Below, piece by piece: positions 25,723 through 33,961 of a DNA stretch of 37,142 bases; positions within the stretch are counted from its first letter, which is position 1, and every line of letters starts with the position of its first letter. The stretch lies in the NCBI GenBank assembly GCA_017999015.1, contig JAGOBZ010000001.1, positions 6,769 through 43,910 of the forward strand, written 5' to 3'. The notes beneath the pieces are model-generated. The model was given only the letters and a program-made list of their open reading frames with translations. It did no database searches and was not told where the DNA came from. The position numbers were made by a program, and so were the translations under genes. The stretch is from Kiritimatiellia bacterium (GTDB lineage Bacteria > Verrucomicrobiota > Kiritimatiellia > RFP12 > UBA1067).

Positions 25723-25775
25723 ATATTACATTGACTTCAGTGCAGGCGGGTAAACGCCCTGCGTAAGGAGTCGAT

Positions 25776-26507
25776 GTGGCGTGTCAGAATGAGGCCGAAC
25801 CGTCTTTGTGCGGATTAGAACAGAAACTGGGATATGTGTTCAGCGATCGCGCATTGCTGAAAACAGCGGTGACGGCACCGTCTTGCCGTACGGACCACCC
25901 CGGGGCTGAGGTTCACGACAATCAGCGGCTGGAATTTTTGGGTGATGCGGTCTTTGGGCTCTTGTGCGCGCAGTGGCTTTTCGCGCGGTATGCTGAGGCG
26001 GATGAAGGCGCGTTGACTGTCCGGCGCAGCCTGTTGGCGAACGGACACGCGCTGGCGGGAATGGCGCGCAGACTCGGGTTAGGTGACTGGCTGCGACTGG
26101 GCCGCGGCGACGCGGCGGCAGGCGGGCGCGATAATGACAACACGCTGGCGGACGCGATGGAGGCGCTGTTTGGCGCCGCATGGTGCGATGGCGGGCTGTC
26201 GGCTGTCGAAACGGTTTTCAACACCGTGATGGCCGGTTGCGAGGATGTCCCGGTGGACGCCGGAAGGGACAATCCCAAGGGGAAATTATTGGAAGTCGCG
26301 CAACGCTACGCCTGGCCGGATTCGCCCGTGTATGAACTGGTCGGGGTGTGCGGGCCGCAGCATGCGCCCGCTTACCGTGTGGCCGCGCGCGTGCACGGCG
26401 GTCATCGGGCGTTTGGCGAAGGCAGAACAAAACGCGCCGCTGAAAAGGCTGCTGCCGCGGCGTTGCTCCAGGTTTTGATTGAAAACGGTGTGGCGATTGG
26501 CTCGTAG
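25776..26507 (+). CDS. rnc: ribonuclease III
   Basis: 243 aa. RNase III signature NQRLEFLGDAV, second catalytic region ADAMEALFGA, and a C-terminal dsRBD (GPQHAPAYRVAARVHGGHRAFGEGRTKRAAEKAAAAALL). GTG start. Confidence 0.9.
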   Translation: MACQNEAEPSLCGLEQKLGYVFSDRALLKTAVTAPSCRTDHPGAEVHDNQRLEFLGDAVFGLLCAQWLFARYAEADEGALTVRRSLLANGHALAGMARRLGLGDWLRLGRGDAAAGGRDNDNTLADAMEALFGAAWCDGGLSAVETVFNTVMAGCEDVPVDAGRDNPKGKLLEVAQRYAWPDSPVYELVGVCGPQHAPAYRVAARVHGGHRAFGEGRTKRAAEKAAAAALLQVLIENGVAIGS

Positions 26508-26549
26508 GGCCGTTGGGTCGCGGCGATATGGCGGGATAAGGAGGTGGTA

Positions 26550-26927
26550 ATGGCAACAGGAAAATTGAAAAAAGGGACAGAAACGAAGCTCGGAAAACCT
26601 CATGGCAAAGCCGGGAAAACCGAAAGCGCGGATGACGTCCCGGCAAAACCGGCATCGGCGGCAACGCAGGAGCCGACCGCGCGTTCGTGTCCGTTGGTGC
26701 TCGACGGCGAAATGGCGGCGCGTGACTTCACGCCTGCGGCTTGTATGACCTGTGATGAGTTTGACTGCACGTACTGCGAGGCGGCACAGGGGTCGGGTGC
26801 GCTGCGGAGCAGGCTGTTTGGCAGCGGTGATGCGGAAGATGAGGCGGAGGATGACGGATGGGGCAATGACGAGCCCGCGTTCGGCACCGAGGAAGAAGAG
26901 CCCGAGGCTGATGAGGATCTCTTTTAA
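26550..26927 (+). CDS. hypothetical small Cys-containing protein with a highly acidic C-terminal tail
   Basis: The ATG at 26550 is preceded by an AAGGAGG RBS. About 125 aa with a lysine-rich N-terminus, CMTCDEFDCTYC (CxxC-x4-CxxC) and the tail DAEDEAEDDGWGNDEPAFGTEEEEPEADEDLF. Confidence 0.5.
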   Translation: MATGKLKKGTETKLGKPHGKAGKTESADDVPAKPASAATQEPTARSCPLVLDGEMAARDFTPAACMTCDEFDCTYCEAAQGSGALRSRLFGSGDAEDEAEDDGWGNDEPAFGTEEEEPEADEDLF

Positions 26928-26947
26928 CGTCATCCGGCGCGGCTGCC

Positions 26948-27766
26948 TCAACGGCGCGCGCGTTCGGAGTCGTGGACCTGACGTTCGATGTCGTGTTCCA
27001 CGAGAGGCACGCCGGCCGACGGCGTAGAAAAATCGATCGTGATGCGTGGCGTGGGATCTAAAACGACCGCCAGTTTTTCAGCCTTAAAATCCAGCACGTG
27101 GCCGCCGTGTGTGCGGTCATCGGACAGGTAATGAAGATGGAAGCCCGGCACGCCGATCGAGCCAGGAACAAAGGGCGGCGTCCAGAACCCCACCAATGTG
27201 CCGCGCGTGTCGGCATAGGCGAATTCATGTTGGTCGCGCGTGGCCTCGGCCAGCGGACGATAGGGTCGCTCCTGTCTGTCGCAGCTCCGGACACGCATCG
27301 ACTGGAACTCGCCCTGGACGCGGACGGCGTAAAAGATGTGCCGGTCTTCAAACAACGTCTCAAGCGCCTGCGTGAAAGCCGTAAACGAGCCGACATGGCG
27401 CATCATGTGATGGCGGTCGGCGTCGAAAAGCGTACAGGCGCCGAACGGCATGCCGGTCATGTCGTCGGGCACATGCACGGTGCCGTCTCCTTTCACTTGG
27501 TACACGGTCCCGTCCAACAGCACGGCTTCGCCGTCGAGTCCGTCAAAGGTGCCGATGCCGAACGTGCCCGCCGATTTAAAGTGTGAAACGGTCAGGGAAC
27601 CGTCATAGTTGCCGCTGAGAACATAGAGAAACGGTGCGAGCTGGGTGAGGGTGTCGCGGTCCTGCACGAGCGTAGTCGTGGAGGTCCGGCATCCGTTTCC
27701 TAACGCGAGCAGGAGGCACCCCGTCAACGCGGCGACATGGCGACTTTGGGAAGGATGAACAGTCAT
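26948..27766 (-). CDS. alsD: alpha-acetolactate decarboxylase family protein with N-terminal signal/lipoprotein-like sequence
   Basis: The ATG at 27766 overlaps the nth stop (ATGA). Contains GTFGIGTFDGLDGEAVLLDGTVYQV and later GFWTPPFVPGSIGVPGFHLHYLSDDRTHGGHVLDF, which are AlsD/BudA hallmarks. The N-terminus MTVHPSQSRHVAALTGCLLLALGNGC is signal-like. Confidence 0.8.
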   Translation of the reverse strand: MTVHPSQSRHVAALTGCLLLALGNGCRTSTTTLVQDRDTLTQLAPFLYVLSGNYDGSLTVSHFKSAGTFGIGTFDGLDGEAVLLDGTVYQVKGDGTVHVPDDMTGMPFGACTLFDADRHHMMRHVGSFTAFTQALETLFEDRHIFYAVRVQGEFQSMRVRSCDRQERPYRPLAEATRDQHEFAYADTRGTLVGFWTPPFVPGSIGVPGFHLHYLSDDRTHGGHVLDFKAEKLAVVLDPTPRITIDFSTPSAGVPLVEHDIERQVHDSERARR

Positions 27767-28422
27767 GGGCGCTGCTCCGTGATTGTGCAGGCGTTGCAGA
27801 AAGCGGCAATCGGGCAACCGTCGCAGCGCGGATTGCGCGGGGCGCACCGCGTCTGTCCGAAGGCGACCAGATAAGAATTCCAGGTTTTCCAGTAGCGGGT
27901 AGGTAGAAGCTGCCTCAACGCCATTTCGGTTTCGAACGGGGTCTTGGTCTGAAGCAGCCCGAGCCGGTTGGTGATCCTGTGCACATGCACATCCACACAG
28001 ATGGCGGGTTTGCCGAAGCCCAGAGCCACAACCAGGTTTGCCGTTTTGCGGCCGACGCCCGGCAATTCGCACAACGCCTCGACCGTGTCGGGGAGCACGC
28101 CCGCAAACTTTTGCTCCAATGCGTCGGGCAGGGCTTTCAGGTGCCGCGCCTTGTCCCGGTAAAAACCGACCGGGAAGATGATTTTTTCCAGATCGGCTTG
28201 GCTGATGCGCCGTAGGTCGTTGGGTGTTGTGACGACGTTGAAAAGCCGGCCGCAGGCGGCTGCGGTGCAGGCGTCTTTGGTCCGTGCACTCAGGATGGTG
28301 CCCAGCAGGACACGGAACGGATCATGCGTCTGGATCGCCACCAAGTCAATGATCGGTGCCTTGGCACGGTGAAACGCTTCCCTCAACCTGCGGTTGACAG
28401 CGGGTATGTCGGACGGGGTCAT
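27763..28422 (-). CDS. nth: endonuclease III (DNA glycosylase/AP lyase)
   Basis: 219 aa. HhH-GPD motif LCELPGVGRKTANLVV, catalytic Lys/Asp region VDVHVHRI, and a C-terminal 4Fe-4S cluster loop CAPRNPRCDGCPIAAFC. Confidence 0.9.
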   Translation of the reverse strand: MTPSDIPAVNRRLREAFHRAKAPIIDLVAIQTHDPFRVLLGTILSARTKDACTAAACGRLFNVVTTPNDLRRISQADLEKIIFPVGFYRDKARHLKALPDALEQKFAGVLPDTVEALCELPGVGRKTANLVVALGFGKPAICVDVHVHRITNRLGLLQTKTPFETEMALRQLLPTRYWKTWNSYLVAFGQTRCAPRNPRCDGCPIAAFCNACTITEQRP

Positions 28423-28445
28423 GGGCGGATGTTCGCTGTTTTGAC

Positions 28446-29114
28446 TTAAAGCGTGAGCCGTCGTTCAAACGCTTCGACGGAAAACTGATCGAGGTCGCTG
28501 AGTACCCAGTCGGCCTCTGACAGATCCTGCGGATGAGCACAAGGCCTATTGAGCGCCACGCACCGCATGCCGGCGGATCGGGCAGCCGCAACGCCGGCCT
28601 GAGAATCTTCGAAAACCAGACACTCCTGCGGGGGCACGCCTAGACGGCGCGCGCCCTCCAAAAAACCTGCGGGCGAGGGCTTGCCCGGAGCGTAGTCTTC
28701 CGCGCCGAGCACAAACCGCACATGCGGTTCAGCCTCCAGCAGACGGACGGCCTCCTCGATATCCGCGCGAGGCGAACCGGACACGATGATGACCGGGTAT
28801 GCCGCCGCGAGATTTTTAAGCAGGCGCGCAGAGGAGGCAATCACAATGTCGTCGCTCTGATCCCGCAACCGCACGTAATAGGCCCGCAGATCGACGGCCA
28901 TGTCGGCCGCTGAGACTTTCGCCAGCGAAGGCTGCAAGGCAACGACGGCGAGATAGATATCGGACCAGGAACGACCGAAAACAATATCGAGGATTTGCGA
29001 TTTTGAACAGACGCATCCACGATCAAACAGGTAGCCGCGCAGTGCGTCCGCCCACAATAATTCTGTGTCGACCAGCGTGCCGTCCAGATCAAAGATGACC
29101 GCGCTCAGTGTCAT
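28446..29114 (-). CDS. HAD-superfamily hydrolase (beta-phosphoglucomutase-like subfamily IA)
   Basis: The ATG at 29114 overlaps the ychJ stop (ATGA). Motif I is [14 protein letters not shown]. Motifs III/IV are GKPSPAGF and [19 protein letters not shown]. Confidence 0.8.
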   Translation of the reverse strand: MTLSAVIFDLDGTLVDTELLWADALRGYLFDRGCVCSKSQILDIVFGRSWSDIYLAVVALQPSLAKVSAADMAVDLRAYYVRLRDQSDDIVIASSARLLKNLAAAYPVIIVSGSPRADIEEAVRLLEAEPHVRFVLGAEDYAPGKPSPAGFLEGARRLGVPPQECLVFEDSQAGVAAARSAGMRCVALNRPCAHPQDLSEADWVLSDLDQFSVEAFERRLTL

Positions 29115-29617
29115 GACACGGCCTGCGCCACGGCGCAGCATTTTTTGAACTTCTTGCCGCTGCCGCAAGGACAGGGGTCGTTACGTCCGATCTTGGGTTC
29201 TTCGCGCTTGACCGGGGCGGGGCCGAAGATGTGGCCGTCGATGAAACGCCACTCGCCATCGAGTTTTTCAAACTCAGCGCGCTCATGATGGTCGAACGAG
29301 GATTCCTTGACCGAATAGTGGGCGATGAACTCCACGACCCCAGCTTGATCCGCAGCGCCGCCTCCGGTCTCTTGGAGAATCTCGATGCCCGTCCAGGTCG
29401 CGGACTCCGCCCACTTGCGGCTGCTTTCGGCATCAAACTCTTTGCGGACTTTGGGGCCTGATGTTTTGAACAGGTAATCAACCGCGCCCAATGCGTATGC
29501 ACTGTATCGCGAACGCATCAACGCCGTGGCGGTCTCGGGCTTTTTCCGCTCGATCAAATACGGCTCGCAACAGGATTCAAAGACGATGCCGCTTCCGCAT
29601 GGACACAAATCGCTCAT
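29111..29617 (-). CDS. ychJ: YchJ-family (UPF0225) protein with SEC-C zinc motifs at both termini
   Basis: The ATG at 29617 follows a GGAGGAG RBS. N-terminal CPCGSG...CC and C-terminal [21 protein letters not shown] motifs flank an NTF2-like core. Confidence 0.8.
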   Translation of the reverse strand: MSDLCPCGSGIVFESCCEPYLIERKKPETATALMRSRYSAYALGAVDYLFKTSGPKVRKEFDAESSRKWAESATWTGIEILQETGGGAADQAGVVEFIAHYSVKESSFDHHERAEFEKLDGEWRFIDGHIFGPAPVKREEPKIGRNDPCPCGSGKKFKKCCAVAQAVS

Positions 29618-29733
29618 GAAATCTCCTCCAAAAAACACCGGAAAAACAAAGGCTCTGTTTCAGCCATGGAAAAACGTCAATACGTTACAGAAAGGTCTGT
29701 CAGACCGCAATGCGAAAAAGGGACACTGGCATC

Positions 29734-29762
29734 TTGCTAAGGATACGGTTTTAGGGGATAAT
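29734..29762 (+). promoter_or_regulatory. candidate sigma-70 promoter for the ABC-ATPase / amino-sugar cluster
   Basis: TTGCTA - 17 nt - GATAAT, about 64 nt upstream of the ATG at 29826. Hexamer evidence only. Confidence 0.3.
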
Positions 29763-29825
29763 CACCGAAAGAAGCTGTGTTGGCTTCCGGAGCGGTTTTG
29801 AGGGTGCGGAAGGGAATGATGCGGG

Positions 29826-30917
29826 ATGGCGGTTTCCGTCGCGATTGAATGCGTGGTCAAGAGGTTCGGCGCTTACACGGCGTTGAAAGACGTGTCGCTG
29901 GGGGTGCAGCCCGGCGAGCTCTTTTTTTTGCTGGGACCGAGCGGCTGCGGCAAGACCACGCTGCTGCGCTGCATCGCCGGGTTTTACCGTCCGGATAGCG
30001 GACGCATCTTGATCGGCGATGAAGAGGTGACCGCGCTGCCTCCTCACCGTCGTGACACGGGCATGATGTTCCAGAGCTATGCGTTGTGGCCGCACATGAC
30101 GGTCGAGGAAAACGTGGCCTTCGGCCTCGAGATGCGCAAGGTTCCGCGCGCCGAGTCGCGCAGGCGGGTGGGGGAGGCGCTGGAGCTTGTCCATCTGGCC
30201 GACCGCGCCAAGGCTCGCCCCAATCAACTCTCGGGCGGCCAGCAGCAGCGCGTCGCGCTGGCGCGCGCGCTGGTCATTCGGCCGCGCTGCCTGCTGCTTG
30301 ACGAGCCGCTATCAAATCTGGATGCCAAGCTGCGGCTGGAGATGCGCATGGAGATCCGACGCATCTGTAAGCAGGCCGGCCTCACCGCGATCTATGTGAC
30401 GCACGATCAGAAAGAGGCGCTGTCGGTGGCCGACCGACTTGCCGTGATGCGCGACGGCGTGATCGAGCAGACCGGCACGCCCGAAGAGGTCTACCGCGCG
30501 CCGGCCAACCGCTTTGTCGCCGGTTTCATCGGCGAGGGCACGTTTGTTGAAGGGCGGATCGACGCGCTGGAGGCATGCGGGGTGCGCGTGTCGACGCGCA
30601 TCGGAGCGCTGCGCGCCGAGCGTGCGCCGCAGGGGATGTCGACAGGCGATCGCGTGATGCTCTGCCTGCGGCCGGAGTCGTTGTGCCTGCGCCTGCCGCC
30701 GGACGCGCCGGACGACAACCTGTTGCGCGGGCAGTTTTGCGAGAGTGTGTATCTGGGCGAGGTGGCGCAGTATCGGATCGGTGTGCCGTCGGCTGATGGC
30801 GGCGCGCCCTGCGTGCTGACCGCAGTCGAACTGAACCCGGTGGCGGGACGGCGCCGCGAAGGCGAGCCGACGTCGGTGTGGGTGCCGCCGGAGCATGTGA
30901 TTGTCACCCCGTTTTGA
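29826..30917 (+). CDS. ABC transporter ATP-binding protein (PotA/MalK/FbpC-type with C-terminal TOBE-like domain)
   Basis: 363 aa. Walker A LLGPSGCGKTT, Q-loop MMFQSYALWPH, signature LSGGQQQRVALARAL, Walker B LLLDEPLSNLD and H-loop YVTHDQ. No permease or binding-protein gene is adjacent. Confidence 0.85.
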   Translation: MAVSVAIECVVKRFGAYTALKDVSLGVQPGELFFLLGPSGCGKTTLLRCIAGFYRPDSGRILIGDEEVTALPPHRRDTGMMFQSYALWPHMTVEENVAFGLEMRKVPRAESRRRVGEALELVHLADRAKARPNQLSGGQQQRVALARALVIRPRCLLLDEPLSNLDAKLRLEMRMEIRRICKQAGLTAIYVTHDQKEALSVADRLAVMRDGVIEQTGTPEEVYRAPANRFVAGFIGEGTFVEGRIDALEACGVRVSTRIGALRAERAPQGMSTGDRVMLCLRPESLCLRLPPDAPDDNLLRGQFCESVYLGEVAQYRIGVPSADGGAPCVLTAVELNPVAGRRREGEPTSVWVPPEHVIVTPF

Positions 30918-30931
30918 ATGAAAGGATGAGC

Positions 30932-31729
30932 ATGGAGCAGACTGACACCAAGCAGGACGGACACCTGATCGCGCTGGCGATGGCGGCGCATCCGGATGAC
31001 ATTGAGTTCATGATGAGCGGCACGCTTCTGTTGCTCAAACAGGCCGGCGCGGAGATCCATATCTGCAACCTGGCCAATGGCTGCTACGGCTCGCAGGTCT
31101 ACGGCAAAGAGGAGGCGGCGCGCGTGCGGGCGCTGGAGGCGCAGGAGGCGGCGCACGTGGCCGGCGCGGTCTGGCATCCGTCGCTTTTTGACGACGTGGG
31201 ACTTTACTATGATGCCGCCTCGCTGGCGAAGGTCTCTGCGGTGATCCGCGAGATCCGTCCCGACATCCTGTTGACGCTGTCACGCTATGATTACATGGAA
31301 GACCACGAGTATGCGTCGCGCCTCGCCTCGTCCGCCGCGTTCAACCGCTGTCTGCCCAGTTACGTCACCGATCCGCCGCGGCCTTCCAGCAGCAAGCCTG
31401 TGGCGGTCTATCACTCGCTGCCGCATGCGCTGATGGACATGCAGCGCATGCCGGTCGTGCCGGAGTTCTGCATCGACGTGGGCAGCGTGATGGCGCAGCG
31501 GCGCGCCATGCTGGCGTGCCACACCAGCCAGCGCGAGTGGCTGGACGCGACGCAGGGCATGGGTTCGTATGTGGAAAGCATGGCCGATGCCGCGCGCGAG
31601 GTCGGCCGGCGCTATGGCGGTTGCGAGTTCGCGGAGGGCTGGCGCCGCCACAACCACATGGGATATTGCGCGGCCGATTATGCGCCGCTGGAAACGGCGT
31701 TGGCGCCTTTTTTGAAACAGACGAAATAA
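30932..31729 (+). CDS. PIG-L (LmbE-like) family N-acetyl-sugar deacetylase
   Basis: ATG at 30932 after an AAAGGA RBS (alternative ATG at 30926). Contains [19 protein letters not shown], the AHPDDxE zinc-binding signature of PIG-L/LmbE deacetylases. Confidence 0.75.
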   Translation: MEQTDTKQDGHLIALAMAAHPDDIEFMMSGTLLLLKQAGAEIHICNLANGCYGSQVYGKEEAARVRALEAQEAAHVAGAVWHPSLFDDVGLYYDAASLAKVSAVIREIRPDILLTLSRYDYMEDHEYASRLASSAAFNRCLPSYVTDPPRPSSSKPVAVYHSLPHALMDMQRMPVVPEFCIDVGSVMAQRRAMLACHTSQREWLDATQGMGSYVESMADAAREVGRRYGGCEFAEGWRRHNHMGYCAADYAPLETALAPFLKQTK

Positions 31730-31740
31730 GGAGACGAGAC

Positions 31741-32670
31741 ATGGCACGGGCAATCAGTAAGCTGGCACCGGGATGGTGGGACTACACGACGTTGGACAGC
31801 GAGATCCTGAACGATGCGGCGGCGCTCACCGCCAAGGATCTGCTGGAACTGTCGCGGCCGGGATTCAAGGTCTGTATCTATGACACGGTCGAAGAGTTTT
31901 ACACGGCGGAAGCGCTGGAGTATGTCGAGGCCTGGCGCAAGGCCACGCCCGACAACCCGGTCGGCGTGTGCGGTCCGATCGGCCCGACCGAGCAGCTTCC
32001 GCTGGTGGCCCGCATCGTGAATGCGATCGGGCTGAGCCTGCGCGACGCGCATTTCTGGGGCATGGACGAGTGGGTCGAGAACGGCAAGACCGTTTCGCCC
32101 CGGCATCCGCTCTCGTTCGCCAAGTGCGACCGCGAGATGTGTTTTGACCGGATCATGCCGAAGCTGCGCATGCCGGCGAAGAACATGCACTTCCCGACCG
32201 GCGACCTGGCGGCCTACACCCGCACCTACGATCAGGTCAAGTGTCTGCTGATGCAGGGCGGACAAGGCGAAATCAAGCACTGGGCCTTCAATGACCCGCC
32301 CAAGCGCGAAGGAGCCTACGCGGACGCGCCGCCGTCGCCGGCCGAATTCCGCAAACGCGCCGCGCGCCTCGTTGACCTGCATCCGGTCACCATCATCCAG
32401 AATGCGCGTACCTCGGGCGGCGGCAATGTCGCGATGGTGCCGACGCGCGCCGCGACCGTGGGCCCGGTGGAGACGTGGAAATCGGCCAAGGTCTCGATCT
32501 GGCATCCCGGCCACCACGACAACCCGTTCGGCATGCGGCTCACCGCGCTGATGATTGCGAAACGCATTCCGGACAGCAGCGTGCCGATGTCGCTGCTGGC
32601 GGACCATCCCAACGTCCAGTTCAACTACCTGCGCCGCGGCATCGGCGAGGTGGCCGTGGATATGCATTGA
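31741..32670 (+). CDS. glucosamine-6-phosphate deaminase/isomerase (NagB / 6-phosphogluconolactonase superfamily) homolog
   Basis: ATG at 31741 after an AAGGAG RBS; 309 aa. The [16 protein letters not shown] and HFWGMDEWV segments correspond to the NagB GxxTGxTP and FNxDEY regions. Longer than classical NagB. Confidence 0.6.
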   Translation: MARAISKLAPGWWDYTTLDSEILNDAAALTAKDLLELSRPGFKVCIYDTVEEFYTAEALEYVEAWRKATPDNPVGVCGPIGPTEQLPLVARIVNAIGLSLRDAHFWGMDEWVENGKTVSPRHPLSFAKCDREMCFDRIMPKLRMPAKNMHFPTGDLAAYTRTYDQVKCLLMQGGQGEIKHWAFNDPPKREGAYADAPPSPAEFRKRAARLVDLHPVTIIQNARTSGGGNVAMVPTRAATVGPVETWKSAKVSIWHPGHHDNPFGMRLTALMIAKRIPDSSVPMSLLADHPNVQFNYLRRGIGEVAVDMH

Positions 32671-32681
32671 GGAGCGGCACA

Positions 32682-33833
32682 ATGAGTGACTTGAAGATTG
32701 TGGCGGCGGGGCATGTCTGCCTCGACATCATCCCGACGTTCCTGCGCGGGACGCCGACACTCGACGCGGTGATGCAGCCGGGCAAGCTGGTGGAGATGGG
32801 ACCGGCGGTGCTCTCGACCGGCGGTTCGGTGTCGAACACCGGCTTGGCGCTGAAGCGGCTGGGGCTGCCGGTGCGGCTGATGGGCAAGGTCGGGGACGAT
32901 GCGTTCGGCATGGCGGTGCGCGACCATTTTCGGCGTCTGGACGAGACGCTGGTCGAAACGATGATTGTGGACCCGGCCGTCGCCACCTCCTACACGGTGG
33001 TGGTCAACCCGCCGGGGATCGACCGCATCTTTCTGCACTGTCCCGGCGCGAACGACACCTTCGGCGCCGACGACGTGGCGCCGTCGCTGCTGGCCGGCAT
33101 GCAGCTCTTCCACTTCGGGTATCCGCCGCTGATGCGCGCGTTCTACAGCCGCGCGGACGAACTGGCCCGTCTCTTCGGCGCGGTCAAGGCGTGCGGGCTG
33201 GCCACGTCGCTGGACATGGCGCTGCCCGATCCGGCTTCGCCCGCCGGGGAGGCGGACTGGCGCGGCATCCTGGAGCAGGCGCTGCCGTCGGTCGACATCT
33301 TCGCGCCCAGCCTGGACGAGATCGTGTTCATGCTGCATCGCGAGCGGGGTCTGGCCGTGCGGACCAAGGCGGCTGAGGGCGTGCCGATGGGCGGGTTGAT
33401 CGAAGATGACGTGCGCGCTCTGGCCGGCGAACTGCTGGCGATGGGCGTGGCCGTGGTGATGCTGAAGCTCGGCAGCCAGGGCGCGTATCTGCGCGTCACG
33501 TCTGACACGCGGCGGCTGGCGGCGTGCGGCTGCTTTACCGAGGAAGCCTGCGAGCGCTGGGCCGGCGCTGAATTTTACGCGCCCTGCTTTGACGCGAAGG
33601 TGGCGGGGACAACCGGTTCGGGCGACTGCACAGTTGCCGGACTGCTCGCGGGCGTAGCCAAAGGCCTCGGTCCTGCCGAATGCGTGCGGTCGGCCGTTGC
33701 GGTGGGTTCGGCCAGCGTCGAGCAGCCAGATGCCACCAGCGGTGTGCCCGCGTGGTCGGAGCTGGACGCGCGGCTGCGGGCCGGCTGGGGCCGTGAAAAA
33801 CCGAAGGTTGCATTCCGTGCGCCATGGGCGTAA
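32682..33833 (+). CDS. PfkB-family carbohydrate kinase
   Basis: ATG at 32682; 383 aa. N-terminal GHVCLDIIP and [11 protein letters not shown], plus the C-terminal ATP/anion-hole motif [18 protein letters not shown] (DTxGAGD-like). Confidence 0.75.
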   Translation: MSDLKIVAAGHVCLDIIPTFLRGTPTLDAVMQPGKLVEMGPAVLSTGGSVSNTGLALKRLGLPVRLMGKVGDDAFGMAVRDHFRRLDETLVETMIVDPAVATSYTVVVNPPGIDRIFLHCPGANDTFGADDVAPSLLAGMQLFHFGYPPLMRAFYSRADELARLFGAVKACGLATSLDMALPDPASPAGEADWRGILEQALPSVDIFAPSLDEIVFMLHRERGLAVRTKAAEGVPMGGLIEDDVRALAGELLAMGVAVVMLKLGSQGAYLRVTSDTRRLAACGCFTEEACERWAGAEFYAPCFDAKVAGTTGSGDCTVAGLLAGVAKGLGPAECVRSAVAVGSASVEQPDATSGVPAWSELDARLRAGWGREKPKVAFRAPWA

Positions 33834-33908
33834 AATCATCCCCACGATTATGATGTTCGAGTTTGGGGTCATCCTGCCGTGTGGTCGTGTCGCGAACAAC
33901 CGGCGGGA

Positions 33909-33939
33909 AACTTTCAACGCTCAGCGTTCAACGTTCAAG
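33909..33939 (+). repeat. tandem heptamer array AAC(T/G)(T/C)TC x4 followed by AAG (second copy)
   Basis: Read directly from the sequence: aactttc aacgctc agcgttc aacgttc aag. Ends 22 nt upstream of the oxidoreductase ATG. Its counterpart is the array at 1771-1801. Confidence 0.8.
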
Positions 33940-33961
33940 TAACACACGAGGAGGACTGAGG

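Noticed and set aside
25417-25734. 105-aa plus-strand ORF in the rnc-upstream gap
   Set aside because: It is antisense to the HsdM remnant, whose [14 protein letters not shown] motifs explain the open frame. No RBS or motif supports the plus-strand ORF.
29727-29738. TGGCATCTTGCT as a sigma-54 promoter
   Set aside because: The GG and GC elements are separated by only 6 nt instead of the required 10. The same region fits a sigma-70 TTGCTA-17-GATAAT better.
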